The notes below the pieces were generated by a model, which had not been told where the DNA came from, did not search any database, and saw nothing but the letters and a program-made list of their open reading frames with translations. From assembly GCA_963836235.1 (NCBI GenBank), contig CAWIIP010000004.1, positions 832,001 through 896,000 of the forward strand: a stretch of DNA of 64,000 nt, written 5' to 3'. Positions 57,976 through 64,000 of the stretch are shown in pieces (the stretch's first letter is position 1; every line of letters starts with the position of its first letter). The DNA is from an uncultured Pseudomonadota bacterium. Its GTDB lineage: Bacteria > Oederibacteriota > Muellerivitia > Muellerivitales > Muellerivitaceae. Both the position numbers and the translations under genes were made by a program.

Positions 57976-58761
57976 GTGCCTATAAACCCATTTGATTTCA
58001 ACCCGAAAGATGTATTGGCTTTTGTTTTGATTTTTATGAGGGTTGCTGGTTTATTTTTATCCGCACCAGTTTTTAGTAGTCGTAATATTCCTGTTATGGT
58101 TAAGGCTTCTTGGATTTTGGTTGTTACCTTTCTCATTTTTCCAGTGGTGGATTTTAAAATTGAAACTTTACCTATCCCAGGACTTCCGCTAGGTTTTGCG
58201 GTCGTAAGAGAACTACTGGTTGGTTTTTCCATTGGGATGGGAGCAACTCTTGTTTTTACGGGGATCCAGTTTGCCGGGCAGATTGTCGATATTCAAATGG
58301 GACTAGGTATGGTCAATATTATTGATCCGCTTACTAGTACGCAAATATCTATTATGGGCCAGTACTATTATATGATTGCCACCATGGTGTTTATGGCTTC
58401 GGACGGTGACCATCTTCTTTTAAAGGGAATAGTGGATAGTTTTGGAATAATCCCACTGGGTCAAGCTCATCTTTCAGTTGCACTGGGAACGAAAATGATG
58501 AGCCTTTTTTCCCAAGTTTTTTTTATCGCTTTTCGGATCGGGGCACCAGTAATAGGCGCGCTTTTTATAACGAATATGGCTTTAGGAATAGTTGCCCGTA
58601 CGGTTCCACAAATGAACGTTTTCATTGTTGGAATGCCTTTGAACTTGGCTGTCGGATTGCTTATTACGGCTGTATCGATGAGTTTTTTTACGTTTATGAT
58701 GCAAGGGTTGTTTAAGGGGATGTATCGGGACTTGGCAGTTTTAGTCCAAACCATGCGGTAA
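57976..58761 (+). CDS. fliR: Flagellar export gate FliR
   Basis: FAGQIVDIQMG, RTVPQMNVFIVGMP. Confidence 0.95.
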   Translation: MPINPFDFNPKDVLAFVLIFMRVAGLFLSAPVFSSRNIPVMVKASWILVVTFLIFPVVDFKIETLPIPGLPLGFAVVRELLVGFSIGMGATLVFTGIQFAGQIVDIQMGLGMVNIIDPLTSTQISIMGQYYYMIATMVFMASDGDHLLLKGIVDSFGIIPLGQAHLSVALGTKMMSLFSQVFFIAFRIGAPVIGALFITNMALGIVARTVPQMNVFIVGMPLNLAVGLLITAVSMSFFTFMMQGLFKGMYRDLAVLVQTMR

Positions 58762-58786
58762 CATTTAACTTTAAGCGAAAGAACTA

Positions 58787-59860
58787 ATGGCAGACCCATC
58801 GCGTAGTGAAAAAGCGACTCCGAAACGTAAGCAAGAGGCCAGAGAAAAGGGTCAAATTGCTCGTTCCGTTGAGGTTAACTCCGCTCTTGTTCTTTTAGCG
58901 GCTTTATCCGCTTTTCGATATGGTGGGCCTTATATGATTGACTCGATAAATAACCTTGCTGTTTTTACTTATCAAAATATGAACACTTCTTTTGGCATGG
59001 AAAATATATATTCCATGGCGCTCTTTTATATGTGGCAAGTTTTCAAAATTATTGCGCCTGTTTTAGGTACTGTTTTAGCGGTTGGATTGTTGATCAATTA
59101 CCTACAAGTCGGTGTTTTATTCAGCTTGAAACCTTTAACGCCAAAATTGAGCAACATTAATCCAATTGGAGGATTTCAAAAATTATTTTCTCGAAGATCA
59201 GCGATTGAAATTTTGAAATCGCTTTTGAAGTTATCAATTATCGGCGGCATTGCCTATTGGGGGGTTAAAAACGCATTACCAGAATTAGTGCCGACGATGG
59301 ACATGCAGGGCGCTGCGGCTTTAGGTTTCGTTGGTGCTTTGACAATGAAAATTTTGAACTGGATTATTTTCACCTTAATGGCCCTTGCTCTTTTAGATTA
59401 TTTTTATCAAAGATGGGAATATGATCAAAGCCTAATGATGACAAAACAGGAAATTAGGGATGAATTTAAGCAATCCGAAGGCGACCCAATGATTAAAGCC
59501 AGAATCCGACAGATTCAAAGGGAAATGGCCCGCCGTCGAATGTTTGAAGCTATTCCTCGAGCCGATGTAGTCATCACGAATCCAACTCACGTGGCTGTTG
59601 CTTTGGAATATAAAGAGGGAATGCAGGCTCCGATGATTATAGCAAAGGGAGAGCGGGTAATAGCTGAGCGAATAAAAGAAATGGCAAGAAAACATAATGT
59701 TCCAATCATTGAGAATCCTCCATTGGCGCGGGCACTTTTAAAACAATGCCCTGTCGGTGCTCCAATTTCACCTGATCTGTTTGAGGCTGTCGCGGAGGTG
59801 CTTGCTTTCGTTTATCGTATGAATAAAAGAAAATCCGAGACTTCTGAAGTTTTTTCATGA
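58787..59860 (+). CDS. flhB: Flagellar export switch FlhB
   Basis: EKATPKR..AREKGQ, KQSEGDP, NPTH autocleavage site. Confidence 0.96.
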   Translation: MADPSRSEKATPKRKQEAREKGQIARSVEVNSALVLLAALSAFRYGGPYMIDSINNLAVFTYQNMNTSFGMENIYSMALFYMWQVFKIIAPVLGTVLAVGLLINYLQVGVLFSLKPLTPKLSNINPIGGFQKLFSRRSAIEILKSLLKLSIIGGIAYWGVKNALPELVPTMDMQGAAALGFVGALTMKILNWIIFTLMALALLDYFYQRWEYDQSLMMTKQEIRDEFKQSEGDPMIKARIRQIQREMARRRMFEAIPRADVVITNPTHVAVALEYKEGMQAPMIIAKGERVIAERIKEMARKHNVPIIENPPLARALLKQCPVGAPISPDLFEAVAEVLAFVYRMNKRKSETSEVFS

Positions 59861-59983
59861 TAGAAATATGTTTAAAGCGTAGAAATGAATTAGTTAAAAG
59901 GATGAATGAACAAATTGAAAAATACAGTTACAATACTAGTTCATTTCAATATTAAGAAGACTCTTCATTATTAAGAGGAAGCC

Positions 59984-62071
59984 ATGGCAGAAGCAACAGC
60001 GATGAATACGATACAAAAAAACAGCGATCTTTTTGTTGCTTTCGTTGTAATTTTGTTTGTTTTAATGTTGATCATTCCGCTTCCGCCTATTTTTTTGGAT
60101 GTTTTAATTTCTTTCAATATAACGATGGCTTTGGTTGTGGCTTTAATCACAATGTATACTTTGGAACCATTACATTTTTCTATTTTTCCAACGCTGCTTT
60201 TAATTACCACCATTTTTCGTCTTGCTCTTAATATTTCAGCCACCCGTCTAATTCTTTTGCATGGAAGCGAAAGTTCTGCTGCGGCTGGTCGGGTGATCGA
60301 GACAGTGGGAAATTTTGTAGTTGGCGGTAGCTATTGGGTCGGTTTTGTCATTTTCTTGATTTTAATTATTGTTCAATTTGTTGTGATAACCAGTGGCTCG
60401 CAACGTGTTGCCGAGGTGGCGGCTCGATTCACATTAGATGCAATGCCAGGAAAGCAAATGGCTATAGATGCTGACCTCAATTCTGGATTGATTACGGACG
60501 ATCAGGCCAGAAAACGACGCAAAGAAGTTGAGCGAGAAGCGGATTTTTATGGTGCGATGGATGGTGCCAGTAAATTCGTACGGGGAGATTCCATTGCGGC
60601 AATCATAATCGTAATTGTCAATATTTTGGGTGGGTTAGCTGTTGGGTTCTTTAAAAGTGGAATGTCATTGGGGGAAATACTTCAACGGTATAGTCTTTTA
60701 ACTATCGGAGATGGACTTGCTACCCAGATACCTGCCTTGCTTTTATCGTTTGCGACCGGTGTTGTTGTTACGAGGGCAGCATCGGATAGTAATCTTGGAA
60801 CAGATTTGGTCCGTCAAATTATCTCCCAACCGAGAGCATTGTGGATTGCTTCTGCAGTTCTTTTTGGAGCTGGTCTTGTTCCTGGTTTGCCGCATTTTGC
60901 TTTTATTTTTATTTCTATTTTGACAGGATCTCTTGCTTATTTTGTTCAACAATCATTGAAAGAAGATCTAGAAGCTGTTGCCGAAAAAGAAAAAGCTCAG
61001 ATGGGTCCAGAAAAGAAGAAAGAGCCTGAAAACGTATCTTCTCTTCTTCAGGTAGATCATTTGGAAGTAGAGATTGGATACAGTCTCATTCCCTTGGTTG
61101 ATGAAGCCCAAGGTGGAGACCTTTTGGAAAGAATTACCGGTATTCGTCGGCAAATGGCCAGTGATTTGGGATTAGTTGTTCCGCCTATTCGAATTCGTGA
61201 CAACATGCAGTTACAACCATCCGAATATGTGATCAAAATTAAGGGTGTTGAAGTTTCAAAATGGAAAATAATGCCGGGGCATCTTTTGGCGATGTCAACT
61301 GGTTCGAATATGCCGAAAATTCAAGGGATCGAGACTAAAGAACCAACGTTCAATCTTATTTCTTATTGGATTACCGATGAGGAGAAAGGATTGGCAGAGC
61401 AAGCTGGTTATTCTGTAGTAGATGTATCTACGGTTATAGCCACTCATTTAACGGAAGTAATTAGAAATCAAGCCCATGAATTTTTGACTCGGCAAAGTGT
61501 TGCCAAATTAGTGGATACAGTTAAAAAAGAATCACCTGCGGTTGTGGATGAGCTGGTTCCGGCACAGCTGTCCATAGGAGATCTTCAGAAAATTCTTCAA
61601 AATCTTTTGAGAGAACATATTCCAATTAGGGATTTAGAAAGCATTCTTGAGGCAGTGGCCGATCACGTGCGTGAAACAAAGGATGTGCAGTTGTTGACGG
61701 AATATGCCCGTAAAGGTTTGGCAAGGTCAATTACTAAGTTGCACCAGGCAACGGATGGAAAAGTTTATGGGTTGACGTTGGATCCGCATCTTGAGAAAAG
61801 AATTATGGATTCGGTTCAAGCGGCCGAAAATGGAACTATTACAGCAATGGACCCCCGGTTTCTTCAACAAGTATTTAGAAGTCTTTCGTCAGGTATAGAG
61901 AAAATGGCTGGTTCTGGTCGTCAGCCTTTGGTCCTCTGCTCTCCAAATGTAAGACCGTATTTTAAAAAATTAATCGAACGGTTTATTCCGCATTTAACCG
62001 TTCTTTCTTTCAGCGAGCTTTTACCGAGAACTGAAATTCAGTCCTCGGGTGTGATTGAGGCTGGTGAATGA
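59984..62071 (+). CDS. flhA: Flagellar export protein FlhA
   Basis: RVAEVAARFTLDAMPGKQMAIDADL, FYGAMDGASKFVRGD. Confidence 0.97.
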   Translation: MAEATAMNTIQKNSDLFVAFVVILFVLMLIIPLPPIFLDVLISFNITMALVVALITMYTLEPLHFSIFPTLLLITTIFRLALNISATRLILLHGSESSAAAGRVIETVGNFVVGGSYWVGFVIFLILIIVQFVVITSGSQRVAEVAARFTLDAMPGKQMAIDADLNSGLITDDQARKRRKEVEREADFYGAMDGASKFVRGDSIAAIIIVIVNILGGLAVGFFKSGMSLGEILQRYSLLTIGDGLATQIPALLLSFATGVVVTRAASDSNLGTDLVRQIISQPRALWIASAVLFGAGLVPGLPHFAFIFISILTGSLAYFVQQSLKEDLEAVAEKEKAQMGPEKKKEPENVSSLLQVDHLEVEIGYSLIPLVDEAQGGDLLERITGIRRQMASDLGLVVPPIRIRDNMQLQPSEYVIKIKGVEVSKWKIMPGHLLAMSTGSNMPKIQGIETKEPTFNLISYWITDEEKGLAEQAGYSVVDVSTVIATHLTEVIRNQAHEFLTRQSVAKLVDTVKKESPAVVDELVPAQLSIGDLQKILQNLLREHIPIRDLESILEAVADHVRETKDVQLLTEYARKGLARSITKLHQATDGKVYGLTLDPHLEKRIMDSVQAAENGTITAMDPRFLQQVFRSLSSGIEKMAGSGRQPLVLCSPNVRPYFKKLIERFIPHLTVLSFSELLPRTEIQSSGVIEAGE

Positions 62072-63276
62072 GGATAAGAAGATACGAAGCGCCCACTATT
62101 CAAGAAGCTCTGATGAAGGTGAAAAAAGATTTGGGACCAGAAGCTGTGATCTTATACACAAAAACATTTCGCAAAGGCGGAGTTTTGGGAATGTTTGGAA
62201 AATCTATGGCGGAAATTACCGCGGGGATTGACTTGAATCTTCTAGATGATGTAGTTAAGAAGAAAACGACGCTGAACTCAGTGATGCCAGTAATTGATAG
62301 AGGGGAAATATCTCCGGTTCGTTCATCTACTCCTTCTGGAGCTCAATCACCCATTCTTTCAACAATGGGTTCTTTAGATCCGGCCCGGGCGAAGGTCAAG
62401 GCTCTTCAAAGAGAATTAAATGAAATGAAAACATCCAGTGTGGCAATGGCTTTGCGGGATTTAAATCCAGCAGATACGCCTGGGTTTCTTTCCGAGGGAT
62501 TTAATCAAATCAAAAAAAAATTTTTAAAGCAAGAAGTGGAAGATTTTCTCATTCAAAAAATGATTAAAGGAATGATTGCCGATAGAATTGATCCTGAAAA
62601 TAGTGCCGAAGTTTTTGCTTGGACCATTCGTTTTGTTGCTGGTACCGTCAAGATTGCAGCATCTTCGCACGAGGTCAAGTTTCAGCGTGTGATAGCTTTT
62701 GTTGGCCCGACTGGCGTTGGTAAAACTACGACTTTGGCTAAATTGGCTGCCCGCTATAGTCTCATGGAACGGAAAAAAGTGGCAATGGTGACAGCCGACA
62801 CTTATCGCATCGCCGCAACAGAACAACTGAAAACTTATGGAAAAATTATGGGAATACCAGTTGATGTTGCGGATTCAGCAGATGATATTTCTGGGATTTT
62901 GACTAAATATAAGAATGTGGATTTGGTTTTGGTGGATACTGCTGGACGCAGTCCGTCGAGCGATGAACAACTCGACGAACTAAAAAAATTTATAGCTCAA
63001 AGCCAACCGGACGAAATTCACTTAGTTTTATCCGCGACCACAAAGTATTTTGACATGATTCGAATAATTGAAAGATTTGGTTCGGCCGTTCCAATAAACC
63101 GAATGATTTTCACTAAATTAGATGAGACCCGATATTATGGGGCTTTTTTAAACCTTATGAATAATTTTCAAATTCCTCTATCTTATTATGCAACCGGTCA
63201 AAATGTCCCGGACGATTTGGAAATGCCAGAAACTCAGTCATTGTCCGAACGAATAACTAGGATGCTTTTAACATAA
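62068..63276 (+). CDS. flhF: Flagellar SRP-family GTPase FlhF
   Basis: GPTGVGKTTT, DTYRIAA, DTAGRS, TKLDE, GQNVPDD. Confidence 0.95.
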   Translation: MRIRRYEAPTIQEALMKVKKDLGPEAVILYTKTFRKGGVLGMFGKSMAEITAGIDLNLLDDVVKKKTTLNSVMPVIDRGEISPVRSSTPSGAQSPILSTMGSLDPARAKVKALQRELNEMKTSSVAMALRDLNPADTPGFLSEGFNQIKKKFLKQEVEDFLIQKMIKGMIADRIDPENSAEVFAWTIRFVAGTVKIAASSHEVKFQRVIAFVGPTGVGKTTTLAKLAARYSLMERKKVAMVTADTYRIAATEQLKTYGKIMGIPVDVADSADDISGILTKYKNVDLVLVDTAGRSPSSDEQLDELKKFIAQSQPDEIHLVLSATTKYFDMIRIIERFGSAVPINRMIFTKLDETRYYGAFLNLMNNFQIPLSYYATGQNVPDDLEMPETQSLSERITRMLLT

Positions 63277-63285
63277 GGAGAATTT

Positions 63286-64000
63286 TTGCAAGATCAAGCG
63301 GAAAACCTTCGTCAATTGATGGGCCGAATGACTACTCCGGATATTTTGGGGGAAGAAGTGGTTCCTGTGTCCCGTTGCCGAATAATTGCGGTTACAAGCG
63401 GAAAAGGAGGTGTAGGTAAAACAAATATTTCGGTGAACTTGGCACTGGCTTTTGCGAATAAAGGAAAGAATGTTCTCTTATATGACGCAGATATGGGACT
63501 TGCAAATGTAGATGTACTGCTAGGGATTATTCCCCGATTTACGCTTCTTAATGTGTTAAACGGTCAAAAAAATCTTAAAGAAGTTATTGTTGAGGGCCCT
63601 GGAGGAATTCATTTAGTGGCTTCGGGTTCCGGTGGGGTTCAGGAACTTGCGGATTTAAATGAAGCCCAAAGGAGTAAGTTTTTAGAAGCTCTTTTAGAAT
63701 TGCAACATCAATCAGAAATAATCCTTATTGACACTGGTGCTGGTCTTCAGCGCAATGTATTGGCGTTCGCTTTGGCGGCTGAAGAGGTTATAGTTGTTAC
63801 TACCCCGGAGCCTACGGCTCTGATGGATGCTTATGGAATGATTAAAATTCTTCACCGAGAAAAAAAGAATCCAACGATTAATGTTGTAGTTAATATGGCT
63901 GCAAATCAGGCAGATGCTGATGAAGCCGGAAAAAAATTGGTTTTATTGTCAAAAAGATTTTTGAGTTTAAATATCGAATATGTTGGTTTTGTTCCGCGTG
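63286..64000 (+). CDS. flhG: MinD-like ATPase FlhG/FleN (runs off window end)
   Basis: Not in ORF track. AAGGAG, TTG 63286: MQDQAENLRQLM...IAVTSGKGGVGKTN...DADMGLANVD...DTGAG...TTPEPT. Confidence 0.92.
   Translation, partial: MQDQAENLRQLMGRMTTPDILGEEVVPVSRCRIIAVTSGKGGVGKTNISVNLALAFANKGKNVLLYDADMGLANVDVLLGIIPRFTLLNVLNGQKNLKEVIVEGPGGIHLVASGSGGVQELADLNEAQRSKFLEALLELQHQSEIILIDTGAGLQRNVLAFALAAEEVIVVTTPEPTALMDAYGMIKILHREKKNPTINVVVNMAANQADADEAGKKLVLLSKRFLSLNIEYVGFVPR

Noticed and set aside
45222-64000. Non-flagellar type III injectisome
   Set aside because: flgB, flgC, fliE, motAB, fliM and flhF mark it as flagellar.

Overview
Bacterial chromosomal window with no rRNA, tRNA, CRISPR array or transposase that I can recognise. 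Left part (1-22.5 kb): a partial TPR gene, rmuC, a metallo-beta-lactamase-fold/cNMP-binding protein and a peroxiredoxin-like lipoprotein. These are followed by secreted glycan-active proteins: an expansin-like protein, a DUF11-like protein and a GH116 enzyme, each on a long Thr-rich stalk ending in a related Ig-like C-terminal domain, plus a GH18 enzyme. Two of these genes have sigma54-type promoters. Centre (22.5-28.3 kb), the most unusual part: six co-oriented copies of a 30-bp quasi-palindrome (consensus TTGTCCACGAC-GGGGACCC-GTCGTGGACAA) separate five unrelated, co-oriented single genes (immunity-like protein, HflX, secreted hypothetical, DUF4153-like, DUF4265), with half-site remnants. It looks like an integron-like gene-cassette array built on a non-attC site, with no recombinase in the window. 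Next come a LacI regulator, gene relics, a frameshifted oxidoreductase, three tandem thioredoxins, secDF, yggS-proC-yggT-DUF167-punA-mtnA, a small bS22-like ribosomal protein and a GAF-GAF-GGDEF protein. The window ends in a flagellar operon (flgB to flhG) that lacks fliK/flgD/flgE at their usual position. All family calls come from motif recognition only; no searches were run.
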